Assembly: GCF_035084215.1 (NCBI RefSeq)
Contig: NW_027139581.1
Location: 1,426,001-1,490,000, forward strand
Length of the DNA stretch: 64,000 nucleotides
Source: Heptranchias perlo
Lineage: Eukaryota
Direction: 5' to 3'
Shown here one piece after another: positions 36,894 through 50,035 of the stretch. Positions within the stretch are counted from its first letter, which is position 1. Each line of letters starts with the position of its first letter. The notes beneath the pieces were generated by a model that was not told where the DNA came from, searched no databases, and was given only the letters and a program-made list of their open reading frames with translations. The translations under genes and the position numbers were made by a program.

Positions 36894-38919
36894 TATGCCT
36901 CTGTTATACTAAACTAGACCATATCACTGTATATAATACACTAGGTCCCCTCTCAGTCATCACTGCACTAGACCATGCCTCTGTTTATATCATACTAGGC
37001 CCTCGCTCAGTTACTTCTACACTAGAACATGTTTTTGATATACTACACTGGACCATGTCACGATATATATTACACTAGGTCCCCTCTCATTTATCACTGC
37101 ACTAGACAAAGTCTCTGTTTATATTACACTAAGCCCTGTCTCAGTTACTTCTGCACTCGGCCAAGTATATGTTTATATTACACTAGGCCCTCGCTCAGTT
37201 ATTTCTGCACTGGAACATGCCTCTGTTATACTACACTAGACCATGTCACTGTATATATTACACAAGGTCCTCTCTCAGTTATTACTGCACTAGACCATGT
37301 CTCAGTTATTACTGCACTTCACCATGTCACTGTTTACATTACACTAGTCCCTGTCTCCGTTATTGCTGCACGAGACTATATCTCCGTTTATATTACACGA
37401 GATACTGTCTCAGTTCTTACCACACAAGACCATGTCTCTGCATATATTACACTAGACGATGTCTCGGTTATTACTGCAACAGACTATGTCTCTCTTTACA
37501 TTACACTAGACCAATTCTCTGTTCACATTACACGAGAACATGCCTCTCTTTACATTGCACTGGACCCTCTCTGAGTTAGTATTAAATTAGACCATGCCTC
37601 TGTTTGTATTACACTGGAACATGTCTCTGTTTATGTTATACTAGACCCTGTCTCATTTGTTACTGCATTAGACTATGTCTCCGTTTATAATACTCTAGAC
37701 CATATCTTAGTTATTGCTGTACTGGACCATGTTCCTTGTTATGTTACACTGGTCTCTGTCTCAGATATTACTGCACTAGTCCATATCTGTTTATACTGTA
37801 CCAGATTATGTCTTAGTTTTTAATGCTCTAGAGTAAGTCCCTCATTGTGTTACACTCAGCAATGTCTCAGTTATTACTGCACTAGTCCATGCCTCTGTTT
37901 ATAGTACACGATAGCCTGACTCATTTATTGCTGCACCAGACCATGTCTTTGTTTATATTACACTGCTTATGTTACACTGTGCCCTCTCTCAGTTATTACT
38001 GCACTACAACATGTCACTGTATAATTTACCCAACACCGCGTCTCAGTTATTATTGCATTACACCATGTCTCTCTTTAAATTGCACTAGACCCTATCTCAT
38101 TTAATACTGAACTGGACCATGTCTCTGCTTATATTACTCGAGAGCCTGCCTCAGTTAGCACTGCTATTAGACCATGCCTCTGCTTATGTTACACTTGACC
38201 ATGTCTTAATTATAACTGCACTGGAAAATGTCACTATTTCTTACCCAAAACCCTTTCTCGGTTATTACTGCATTGGACCATGTCTCTTGTTATATTGCAC
38301 GAGGCTCTCTCTCAGTTATTACTGCACTAGTCCATGTCTCTGGTTATATTACACCAGATTCTGTCTCATTTATTACTGCACAAGCCTTTGTAACTGTTTG
38401 CATTACACTAGACCCTGTCTCAGTTATTACTTCAATAGTGCATGTCACTGATTATGTTATTCTGGACCATGTCTCTGTTATTACTGCACCAGATCCTGTG
38501 CCTTTTATTCACACTGTAGACCCTGTGTTTATTATTACATTATGCATTATCTCCATCACTGACACATTTGGCAATACCTCTGTTAGTATCACCGCACATA
38601 TCTGTTAGTATTGCACTGGTGTCTGGCTCCTTTATTATTACCCGAGACACTGCCTCTGTTAGTGTTATACCAGATCTTGTTTCTGTTATGATTGCACTAG
38701 AGATTGCCTAATGTCATTATTACACTGGACACTGCCCAATGTCATTATTACACTAGGCTCTGCCTCTGTTAGTGTTACACCAGGCCCTGTTTCTGTTATG
38801 ATTGCACTAGAGGCTGTCTAATGTCATTATTACATTCCACCGTTTGTCCTTACTCTAATCAGGCAATATTATGATCTCATGCCATTAACCGTCCAGATAA
38901 ATTTACAGGAATTTTATTC

Positions 38920-39285
38920 GGAACATAGGAACAGGAGGAGGCCATTCAGCCCCTCGAGCCGGCTCTGCTTTCAATTAAATCATGGCTGATTTTCACCTCA
39001 CCTCCATTTCCCCACCTTTGCTCCACATCCCCTGATACCCTGACCCAACAAAAATCTATCGATCTCAGTCCTGAAAGTTCCAATTGTCCCAGAAATCACA
39101 GCCTTTCGGGGAGAGAGTTCCAGATTTTAATTACCCTTTGTGTGAAAACGTGCTTCCTGATTTCAGACCCGAACGGCCGAGCTGTAATTTTAAGATTATG
39201 TCTCCATATTATTGATTCCCCCACCAGAGGAAACAGGTTCTCCGTATCTACACTATTAAATCGTTTTAACATTTTGAACACTTCG
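38920..39285 (-). mobile_element. CR1 3' end fragment
   Basis: ORF 39096-39281 LFPLVGES...FTQRVIKIWNSLP. Confidence 0.8.
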
Positions 39286-39729
39286 TTCAGTTCATTACTG
39301 TATGTATCTGTTATAAGTTCAATGTGATTGAATTGAACAGATTATTTTTAACCAGCGCTCAAACTCTGCACTGAGGCCAACAACCCGTGCTGAAGACTGT
39401 TTTAAGTTTGGAGTCAGACCTCTGAACTACATTTTATTGCAGTACTGGAATTGATGTCTCGTTTCCTGATCCAGTCCATGTCCCAGAGTAATATTTGATT
39501 CACCACACTCATCTACACATAGTTCGTTTGAGTCTGGCAGAAGCGAGGCATTCTCCACCTGCAAGTGAAAAACTGCATGGATCTTTCGGCGTCGTTGTTT
39601 GCTGGCACCTGGTGGGCACGATTGGCATTTACACCAATTGATAATATGAGCTTGGAAATGTCATTTCTGTTACTGGCTGCTAAGAAGGAATATGAATTTG
39701 TGCGCCATCTTATCACGTCTTCCGAAGGA

Positions 39730-42126
39730 GGAGAGGCAATATAAACGAAATGGTTCAATATTAAAGGGAGTGCAAGCACAGAGAGACCGGGGGATTCACA
39801 TACATCTTTGAAGGTGGCAGGACAAGTTGATAAGGCTATTTAAAAAACATGGAAGTATGGAAACATTTAGGACACAGAAGGAGGCCATTTGGCCTACCAT
39901 GGAAGTGCAGGCCGAAAAAGAGCTACTCAGGCTAAGCCCACTTCCCAGCACTTGATCCGTAGCCTTGTAGATTCTGACACTTCAGGTGAATATCCCAGAA
40001 TTTTAAAAACTGTGATGAGGGTTTCTGCCTCCATCATCCTTTCAGATACTGAGTTCTAGACGCCTACCACTCTCTGGCTGACAAAAAATTTCCTCAGCAA
40101 CCGTCTAATCTTTCTACCAATGACTTTAAATCTATAACCTCTGGTTATTGACCTCTCTGCTAAAGGAAATAGGTCCTTTCTATCCAGTCTATCTAGGCCC
40201 CTTTTATTTTATACACCACAACTTAATCACCCCTCAGTCTCCTCTGTTCCAAAGAAAACAACTGCTGCCTGTCCAATCTTACCTCACAGCTAAAATTCTC
40301 CAGTCCTGGCAACATCCTTTTAAATGCACTCTGCACCCTCTCTGGTGCAATTGCATCTTTCCTGTAATGTGGTGATCAGAATTGTACGCAGTACTCAAGC
40401 TGTGGACAAACTAGTGTTTCTTAAGTTCTAGCATAACGTACCTGCTCTTATATGCTATACCTCGGCTAATAAAGGAAAGTATCCCGTATATCCTATTAAC
40501 CACCTTATCTACCTGCACTGCTGCCTTCAGAGATCTGTGGAAATACACTCCAAGGTCCCTCTCTTTCACTACATCTCTCAGTATCCTCTCATTTATTGTG
40601 TATTCCCTTGCGTTGATGGCCCTCCCGAAATGCATTACCTCACACTTCTCCGGATTGAATTCCATTTGTCACTGTTCTGCCCACCTGACCAGTCCATTGA
40701 TATCTTCCTGCAGTCCACAGCTTTCCACCTCACAACCAAACACACGGCCAATTTTTGTATCATCTGCAAACTTCTTAGTCATGCCCCCTACTTTTAAGTC
40801 TAAATCATTAATATATACCACAAAAAAAGCAAAGGACATTGTACTGAGCCATGCAGAACGCCACTGGAAACAGCCATCCAGTCACAAAAATACCCGTTGT
40901 CTAATACCCTTTGCATCCTGCCACTAAGCTAATTTTAGATCCAACTTTCCACTTTCCCTTGGATTCCATGGGCTTTTACTTTTTGGACCAGTCTGCCATG
41001 TGGATCTTTGTCAAAAGCCTTGCTAAAATCCATGTGGACCACATCAAACGCACTACACTCATTGACCCTCCTTTTTACCTCCTGAAAAAGTTCATTCAAA
41101 CTAGTTAGACACGACCTTCCCTTAACAAACCCATGCTGACTGTCCTTGATTAATCCGTGCCTTTCGAAATGATGGTTCATCCTGTCCCTCAGAAATGATT
41201 CCAATAATTTGCCCACCACCGAGTTTAAGCTGACTGGCCTGTGATTACTAGGTCGATCATTTCTCCCTTTTTAAACAACGGTACAACATTAGTAGTCCCC
41301 CACTCCTCCGGCACCACCCCTGTAGCCAGAGAGGATTGGAAAATGATGTATCAGAGCCTCCGTTATTTCGTCCCTTTCTTCTTTTAACAGCCTGGGATAA
41401 ATTTCATCGGGGCCTGGCGATTTATCTGCTTTCAAAGGTGATAAACCCCTTAATACTTCGTCTCTCACTATGCTTATCCCATACGGGATTGTGGCTTTAT
41501 AAATAGGGGCAAAGTGGACAAAAGCAAAGAAGTTATCCTAAACCTTATAAATCACTGGTTACAACTTAACTACAGTATTGTGTCCAATTCTGGGCACCAC
41601 GATTTATGAAGCATGTCAAGGCCTTAGTGAGGGTTCAGGGGAGATTTGCCAGATTGAGACCGGGGAAGATGGACTTCAGCTATTTGGAGAGATTAGAGTA
41701 GGAGGGACTGTTCTCCTTGGAGCAGAGAATGTTAAGGGGAGATTTAATAGAGATGTTTAAAATTATGAGGAGATTTCAAAGAGTAGAAAGGGAGGAACTG
41801 TTTCCACTGTCAGGAGAGTCGGTAACCAAAGGACACAGATATGAAATAATTGGCAAAGAACCAAGAGGGAGATGAGGACAGTTGTTTTTACGCAGTGAGT
41901 GATTATGGTCTGGAATGCACTGCCTGAAAGGGTGGTGGAAGCAGATTCAACAGTAACTTTCAAAAGGGAATTGGATAAATACTTGAAAAGGAAAAAGTGC
42001 AGAACTCTGGGGAAAGAGCAAGGGAGTGGGATTTATTGGATAACTCTTTCAAAGAGCTAGCATCGGCACGATGGGCAGAAAGGCCTCCTTTTGTGCTGTA
42101 TGTTTCTCTGATTCTGTCATTCTATG
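39730..42126. mobile_element. Minus-strand CR1 (39848-41480) nested inside a plus-strand CR1 fragment (39730-39847 + 41480-42126)
   Basis: Inner copy has QHGFVKGRSCLT, MDFSKAFDK and MEFNPEKCEVMHFG; the outer CR1 sequence resumes after the insertion. Confidence 0.85.
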
Positions 42127-42636
42127 AACTCACACAAACCAGCAATGATGTGTTTATTTGACATACTGCTCCCCGCTGTTTTATCATTACACAAGTTCGC
42201 CCCTTGTCACAGTGTCCAATCTCTAATCTCACAAACAGACACTTCCAAAGATCGATTTCGAAACTTTTAAATGTAATTGATATTATGTCCTCGTTAGTTT
42301 CCGCCTGCTGTTTGAATCCATATCCCCTTCAAAGTGGATTGAGTGGTGATAATATTGATGATAATAATAAAATGTGCAGTGAACTGTTCCTTATGTGTTC
42401 AGAGACACGCGCTTCTGGACAGTTACGTTTTACAAAGATCGTTATCACCATCTTCTGATGAAGGAACCACACTACATGTACTAGAGTAATTTTCTGAATT
42501 TTATTTATTATTGCCCACGCAAGAATTGGCATTCATAAAGCGTCCATCAAATAATAGAACGTCTCACAGCGATTAACAGGAGCAGGGCAATGGAAGAAAA
42601 TGATGAATGGTGAGGAACAAAAGGAATCTCGAAGAA

Positions 42637-43900
42637 TCTATCTATCTCTTTATCCATCCATCCATCTATCTATCTCTCTATTCATCCCTCCATCCACCTA
42701 TCTATCTCTGTACCTATCCATCGATCTATCTTTCTCACTATCTATCCATCCATCCATTTATCTATCTCTCTATCTACCTTTCTATCCATCTATCTATCTA
42801 TCTCGATATCTATCTATCTATCTCTCTATCTATACATCCATTTGTCCATCTATGCATCCTTCTATCTATCTCTCTATCTCTCTATCCATCCATCTCTCTA
42901 TCTATCTCTCTATCTATCTAGCTATCCATCTATCTATCTCTCTATCTATCCATCCATCTATCTCTTTATCTATCCATCCGTACATCTATCTATCTATCTG
43001 TTCATCCATCCATCTATCTATCTCTCTATCTATCCATCCATACATCTATCTATCTATCTGTTCATCCATCCATTTTTCTATCTCTCTATCTATCCATCCA
43101 CTTATCTATCTATCTCTCTTTCTATCCATCCATCTATCTCTCTTTCTATCTATCCATCCATCTATCTGTCTATCTATCTCTCTCTCTCAATCTATCCATC
43201 CATGCAGCTATCTAACTGTCATACTCTCTCTCTCTATCTATCCATTCATTGATCTATCTGTANNNNNNNNNNNNNNNNNNNNNNNNNNNNNNNNNNNNNN
43301 NNNNNNNNNNNNNNNNNNNNNNNNNNNNNNNNNNNNNNNNNNNNNNNNNNNNNNNNNNNNNNNNNNNNNNNNNNNNNNNNNNNNNNNNNNNNNNNNNNTC
43401 TATCCGTCAATACATCTATCTATGTATCTTTCTTTCTCTCTCTATCTATCTATCCATCCATACATCTATCTATCTCTCTAACTATCCATCTGTCTATCTC
43501 TCTAACGAAACATCCGTCCATCTATTTATCTCTCTATCTATCTATCCATTCATTCATCTATCTGTCTATCTTTCTTTCTCTATCTATCCATCCATCTCTC
43601 TGTCCATTCCTCCATCCATCCATCTATCTGTCTATCTTTCTCTCGATATACATCCATCCATCTATCTATGTATCTACCTTTCTCTCCGTATCTATCTATT
43701 CATCCATACATCTATCTATCTATCTATCTATCTATCTCTCTAACTATCGATCTGTCTATCTCTCTACCGAAACATCCATCCATCCATTCATCTTTCTATC
43801 TATCTTTCTCTCTCTATCTATCCATCCATTCATCTCTCTATCTATCTTTCTTTCTCGATATATCCATCCATCCATCTATCCATCTGTCTTTATAAATCTA
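42637..43900. repeat. (TCTA/TCCA)n compound microsatellite spanning a gap
   Basis: Directly visible tetranucleotide repeats. Confidence 0.97.
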
Positions 43901-44524
43901 TGTATCCAGTCATCCAGCAATTCCCTGGACGGAGCCTGTGGGCTTTTATTCAGGGCCTGAGGCCTACACTAGTTGTTTATAAAGCTTCCCTGCCCACCCA
44001 CAGGTCCTATTCCTCCACCATGCCCACCATCTCCGACCGGATCCCGACGCGTCTGTTCTGCCTCAGTCAGCCGCCAACATTCGTACTGCGCATGCTCAGA
44101 GGCCAGAGTCTGCTCACCAGGCGCCTGCAGTTGTCAAAAGGGCTCATTCTGACGCGCGGGGGAATTCTGGGTAAGCACATCACCACTGAAGGCCCGAATT
44201 CGTGTCCGGAACATTATTTTACCACCCATCAGGATTGGGGCCGAAGGGTCAATGAACGAAATTAATAAATACATTGATAAATAAATTATGCAGGAACCCG
44301 AGTGCCCGGACCCTCAGCCATGGAGTGATGTCCGCTGGTCGCCAAGTTTCCTTTACTAACTCGCACCTCAGCCCCTCCCCGCCCAGTCTGGTTTAATTGC
44401 GAAATGTTTTCGAACTGTGTTTTCTAACTCGAGTTCAGGCCTGTCATTATGAAGGAAACTTACGAGGCCCCATTTTTTTGTGTGGCCTACCCGATAATAA
44501 GCTGGCAACACTTGGAACAATCAG

Positions 44525-45752
44525 AAAATAATCAATAAGGCCTTTATGCTGGCCTTTATATCCAGAGGACTAGAGTACAAGGGGGCAGAAGTTATGCTGC
44601 AGCTATACAAAGCCCTGGTTGGACCGTACCTGGAGTACTGTGAGCAGTTCTGGGCACCGCACCTTCAGAAGGACATATTGGGCTTGGAGGGAGTGCAGCG
44701 TAGGTTTACTAGAATGATACCAGGACTTCAAGGGTTAAGTTACGAGGAGACATTACAAAAATTGGGGTTGTATTCTCTCGAGTTTAGAAAGGTTAAGGGG
44801 TGATCTGATCGAAGTTTACAATATATTAAGGGGAACAGACAGGGTGGATAGAGAGAAACTATTTCCGCTGGTTGGGTATTCCAGGAGTAGGGGGCACAGT
44901 CTAAAAATTAGAGCCAGACCTTTCAGGAGCGAGATTAGAAAACATTTCTACACACAAAGGGTGGTAGAAGTTTGGAACCCTCTTCCACAAACGGCAATTG
45001 ATGCTCGCTCAATTGCTAAATTTAAATCTGAGATAGATAGCTTTTTGGCAACCAAAGGTATTAAGGGATATGTGCCAAAGGCAGGTGTATTGAGTAAGAT
45101 CACAGATCAGCCATGATCTGATCAAATGGCGGAGCAGGCTCGAGGGGCTGAATGGCCGAATCCTGTTTCGATATTCCTATGTTCCGAACAAGTTGTTTTT
45201 TAAGATGGAAAGGAAGTGCCACTCGCAATCTCATTGAAACGTATAAGATTATGAGAGGGCTTGACAGTGTAGGTGCTGAGAGGCTGTTACCCCTGGTTAA
45301 AGAGTCTAGAACTCGGGGGCATAGTCTCAGGATAAGGGGTCGGTCATTTAGGACTGAGATGAGGAGAAAATTCTTCACTCAGTGGGTGGTCAATGTATGA
45401 TAGAGTGGATAGTGAGGACTTATTTCCCTTAGCAGAGAGGTCAATAACAAGGGGTGACTGATTTAAAGTAAGTGGTAAAAGGATTAGACGGGAGCTGAGG
45501 AGAAATCTTTTCACCCAGAGTGTGGCGGGGGTCGGGAACTTACTACCTGAAAGAGTGGGAGAGGCAGAAACCATTATAGCATTTAAAAAGTCCTTGGATG
45601 TGCACTTGAAGTGCCATAAGTTACAAGGCTACGGACCAAGTGCTGCAAGGTGGGATTCGGCTGGATAGCTCTTTTTCGGTGGGCACAGACATGATGGGCG
45701 AATGGCCTCCTTGTGTGCTGTAAACTTCGACGATTCTATGATTTCTATGATT
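44525..45752 (+). mobile_element. Cluster of CR1 3' fragments
   Basis: LYKALVGPYLEYCEQFW, REKLFPLVG and FYTQRVVEVWN motifs; two 3'UTR/tail sequences. Confidence 0.85.
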
Positions 45753-46090
45753 CAGGGTCCCAGTGACCAGGTAAAAAGAGTGGGCGGGGCTTCAGGCTCC
45801 CAGTGACCACGTTCAAAAAGTGGGCGTGGCTTCAGGGACCCCTGACCGGGAACAAAGATTGGACAGTGCTTTCGGGTTCCAGCAACCAGGAAGAAAGGGT
45901 GGGCGGGGCTTCAGGATCCCAGTAACCAGGAACAAAGTGTGGGCGGGGCTTCAGTGTCCGAATGACCTGAACAAAGAGTGGGCGGGGTTCAGTGTCCCCG
46001 TGACCAGGAACAAAGAGTGGGCGGGGCTTCAGTGTCCTAATGACCTGAACAAAGAGTGGGCGGGGCTTCAGGTTCTCAATGACCAGGAGA
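45753..46090 (+). repeat. ~39-40 bp tandem repeat, ~8 copies, mostly carrying a GC box (GGGCGGGGC)
   Basis: Units gaccaggaacaaagagtgggcggggcttcag... Confidence 0.85.
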
Positions 46091-46529
46091 GAAAATCATT
46101 GAATGGAATCATAGAATGGTGACAACACAGGAGGCCATTCGGCCTATGAAGCTTGTGCTGGTTCTTTGTAAGAGCAATCCAGTTAGTCCCATTCCTCCGC
46201 TCTTACCCCACAGCCTTGCATTTTTTTTCTTACAAATATTTATCGAATTGCTTTTTGAAAGCCACGATTGAATCTGCATCCACCACCCTTCCAGGCAGCT
46301 CATTCCAGATCATAATTACTTATTCATTTCATTCTCATTCTGCACACGGGGTGTAGAACTGAACCCAACCAGAGTAGAGGGAGGGAGAAAACTGGGAGCA
46401 GAGGAAAAGTACGTTCGAGAGAGTGAAATGGGTTTGGATTTCAGCACAGGGAGGAGGGAGAGTTTGTGGGAAAGGGATTTACAGTCTGGGGGTATAAGAG
46501 AGGAAAGAATGGTTCATAGAAACTAGAAA

Positions 46530-47173
46530 CTGGCAAATGGTATGTTGGCCTTCATTGCAAGTGGATTTGAGTACAGGAGCAAGGAAGTCTTACTGCAGTT
46601 ATACAGGGCCTTGGTGAGGCCACACCTGGAGTATTGTGTGCAGTTTCGATCTCCTTACCTAAGAAAGGATATACCTGCAATTGAGGGAGTGCAGCGAAGG
46701 TTCACCAGACTGATTCTTGGGATGGCAGGACTGTCATATGAGGAGAGATTGGGTCGACTCGGCCTGTATTCACTCAAGTTTAGAAGAATAAGAGGGGATC
46801 TCCTTGAAGCATCGGGCTGGACAGAATGGATGCAGGGAGGATGCTTCCCCTGGTTGGGGGGGGGGGGTGGGGTCCAGAACGAGAGGTCACATTTCAGGTT
46901 ACAGGGTAGGACATTTAGGACTGAGATGAGGAGAAATTTCTTCACTCTGAGGGTGGTGAACCTGTGAAATTCTCTACCACAGAAGGCCAAATCACTGAAT
47001 ATATTTAAGAAGGAGCTAGATAGATTCGTAGACGCAAAAGGCATCAAGGGGTATGGGGAGAGAGCGGGACTATGGTGTTGTAATAGAGGATCAGCCATGA
47101 TCATATTGAATGGCGGTGCTGGCTCGAAGGGCCGAATGGCCTACTCCTGCTCCGAGTTTCTAAGTTTCTATGT
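46530..47173 (+). mobile_element. CR1 3' portion inserted upstream of the zinc-finger exon
   Basis: ORF 46542-46967 LYRALVRPHLEYCVQF; tail ttctatgt. Confidence 0.88.
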
Positions 47174-47234
47174 TTGCCTGTGCTGAATTTCTATCCTGTA
47201 TTTACAATGATGATTTTTGTAAACTCTTTTACAG

Positions 47235-47910
47235 GGTATTAGAAGGGCAGGATTTGTAAACGGGAAACTCAAACCAAACATCAAGATCTGACCGTCACTC
47301 GATTCATCAGGACCTGAATATCATCGGCCTTTGAATGTGGAAGGAGAAATGTTTGTCTGTTTCGTCTGTGGGAAAAGATTTCAAACATCAGTGTGAGTGG
47401 AAACTCACCGAGACACACACACCCGAGTGAGAGTGTTCCAGTGCACTGACTGTGGAAAGAGCTTTAACCAGTTACACAGCCTGAAAAAGCATCGCAACAT
47501 TCACAGGGGGGAGAAACCGTACACGTGTTCTGTGTGTGGACGAGGCTTCAACTGAATGTCCAACCTGGAGAGACACAAGGACACCCGGACCACGGAGAAA
47601 CCGTGGAAATGTGGGGACTGTAGGAAGGGATTCAATTACCCGTTGGAACTGGAAACTCATCAACAGTCACACCGGGGAAAGGCCGTTCACCAATGTGAAC
47701 TCGCTGGTGTGTCAGCAGTCCGGTTGTGCTTTTAAAGCTCTTCTCACAGTCAGAATATTTAAAAGGTTTCTTGTCAGTGTGAACTAGTTGGTGTTCAGTG
47801 AGACTAGATGGAATGACTGAGTGAATCCCTTCCCATACACAGAGCTGTCTGTGGAAAGGGATTCACTCAGTCATCCAAACTGCTGAGATAACAATGAATT
47901 CACCTGTGAG
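47235..47910 (+). pseudogene. C2H2 zinc-finger array pseudogene with an internal inversion (47692-47845)
   Basis: ttttacag acceptor at 47227-47234; FQCTDCGKSFNQLHSLKKHRNIHRGEKPYTCSVCGRGF and EKPWKCGDCRKGF fingers; in-frame TGA stops and a frameshift; AATAAA at ~48052. Confidence 0.88.
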
Positions 47911-48259
47911 TGCAGGGGTTGGATTCTGCTGTTATTGCCGCTGTTAATCACGTCCACGACTGAACCATGTTCATTCTGGAAGTTGGGGTCTGTTTCTGAT
48001 GCTAATAAGCCCTATAACTGGGCTGGAGCTTAATATTCTGGATAAGTGTCAAATAAACCAGCTTTCTTTTGAACACAGTGTGTCTGATCCTTGATATCTC
48101 GATGATAAGACAAGCCGATCGAGGACTTATTACAAAGTGAGTGGAATCCATCTTAGAACTGAGTTCCTACAACTTTTTAAAAGATGGATCTGCAAGATGT
48201 CGAAGTCTGAGAGGACAGAAAATTCTATTATATCACAGGGTCCACTTCAATCAGCCTGA

Positions 48260-49610
48260 GCAGATTTCCACTACTCGTGTGTGATAAAGAGCTTCCTGAT
48301 TTCACTCCGAGACGCCCGAGCTCTAATTTTAAGGTCATGCCCTCTTGTTCAGGATTCCCCCACCAGAGAAAATAGTTTCTATTTGTGCCCTATCGAATCC
48401 CTTTATCATTTGAAATCCCTGGATCAGATCACCCCTCAACCTTCGAAACTCAAGGGAATACAAAACAAGTTTCTGCAACCTGTCCTCATAATTGAACTCT
48501 TCAAGCCCCAGTACCATTCTGGTGAATCTACACTGTCCACCCTCCAAGGCCAATATATCCTTGTTGAGGATCAGTACACCAGAGGGGCTCTGACCGAGGC
48601 TCTGTGGAACTGAAGCATAACTTCCTCCCCTTTGTATTCCAGCCCTCGTGATAAAGGCCAACATTCCATTAGTCTTTGTGATTACTTTTTGTACCTGTGC
48701 ACTAGCATTTAGTGATTTGTGTACAAGGACACCCAAATCCCTTTGCTCCTTCACAGTTCCCAGTCTCTCACTTTAAGAAAATACTCCAATGTTTCCTTCT
48801 TGCATCTAAAGTGGATGATCTCACACTTCCCCACACTGAACTCCATCTGCCACAGTCTTGTCCACTCACGTAATCTGTCCCTTTGTAACTTCCTGTTCCC
48901 ATCTACACAATTTACTGTGCCTCACAACTTAGTGGCATCTGCAAACTTGGATATAAAACTCGCTATTCCTTCATCCAAGTTGTTGATAAATATGGTGAAA
49001 AGCTGAGGCCCCAGTCCAGATCCCTGGGGAACACCACTTGTCACATCCCGCCAATCAAAGAACATTTCCTTTAAACCCACTCTCTGTCTCCTGCCTCCCC
49101 ACCAATTCCAACCCAAGTCACAAGGTCACTATCAATTTTGTGCACTTTTATTTTTGCTGATTATCTCTTATGCTGAACCTTATCAAATGCCTTCTTGAAG
49201 TCCACACAGACAATGTCCATCGACACTCCCTGTCCACCCTGTTAGTGACCTCAAAAAATTCCACTAGATTAGTCAGGCATGACCTACCCTTCACAAATCC
49301 ATGCTGACTCGCTGACTATCTTTGATCAGCTCAGACTTGTTCAAGTCCTCAATCATTTTATCTCCGATGATAGATTCCAGTAACTTCCCCACAACGGATG
49401 TTAAAATGAAATATTTTCCTTGTTTCTCTCTCACTCTTTAAATAACGAAGTGACATTTTCAATTTTCATATCCAGAGGCACAATTCCCGAGTCCAGAGAG
49501 CTTTGTGAAACTAAGACGAATGTTTCTGAAATTTCCCCACCTGTTTTCTTTAATACCCTGAGGGAAAACCATCAGGTCCTGGAGATTTCATTCTTTCTTT
49601 GCAGTTATTT
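48260..49610 (-). mobile_element. Degenerate CR1 RT region
   Basis: [14 protein letters not shown]...SKFADATKL and QRDLGVLVHKSL motifs. Confidence 0.85.
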
Positions 49611-49882
49611 ATTTATCAATTTCCAGAGATAACTGATTTATATTTAATATTTAACATTGATGATCAGATGAGTTTTATTTGCATTATTTTAGCCACTTTT
49701 TATTGCTTACGTTAGTATAATTCGCCTGTTTCTTTCTTTTATTGAATCAGTTTTTATTAATTTCCTTGTTATTACTCACTTCTTTCATACAAACCTCAGA
49801 TTCTCCAGTCGAGGTTCCCTCGGTTAACTCGAGGTTTTCACCTCCACCACTGAAACTGGAAGATCAACTTCAGGGAACAACA

Positions 49883-50035
49883 GGGGAGATCACATGATTG
49901 GGCATTGGGGACATCACATGCTGTCGTACTGGGGGGATCACATGGCGAGGCACTGGGGCGATCACGTGACGAGGTACAGGGGCGATCACATGGCGAGGTA
50001 CTGTGGAGGTCACATGTCGATTTACTGTGGACATT
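49883..50035. repeat. 24-bp tandem repeat x~6, each unit with TCACATG/TCACGTG
   Basis: ggggcgatcacatggcgaggcact-like units. Confidence 0.85.

Larger units (their letters stand above)
30330..38835. repeat. 27-bp satellite with A/B alternation (54-bp dimer), interrupted by three LINE insertions
   Basis: Units ctcagttattactgcactagaccatgt and ctctgtttatattacactagaccctgt; clearest at 33215-33915 and 36895-38600. Confidence 0.85.

Noticed and set aside
37029-38608. Cys/Tyr-rich repeat ORFs
   Set aside because: Artefacts of the 27-bp satellite; no splice or start context.
39425-39558. Possible orphan terminal exon on the minus strand (ttgcag acceptor, AATAAA near 39433)
   Set aside because: No frame resembles a recognisable protein, and no partner exons were found.
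42600-43895. SIYL-repeat ORFs
   Set aside because: Translations of the tetranucleotide microsatellite.
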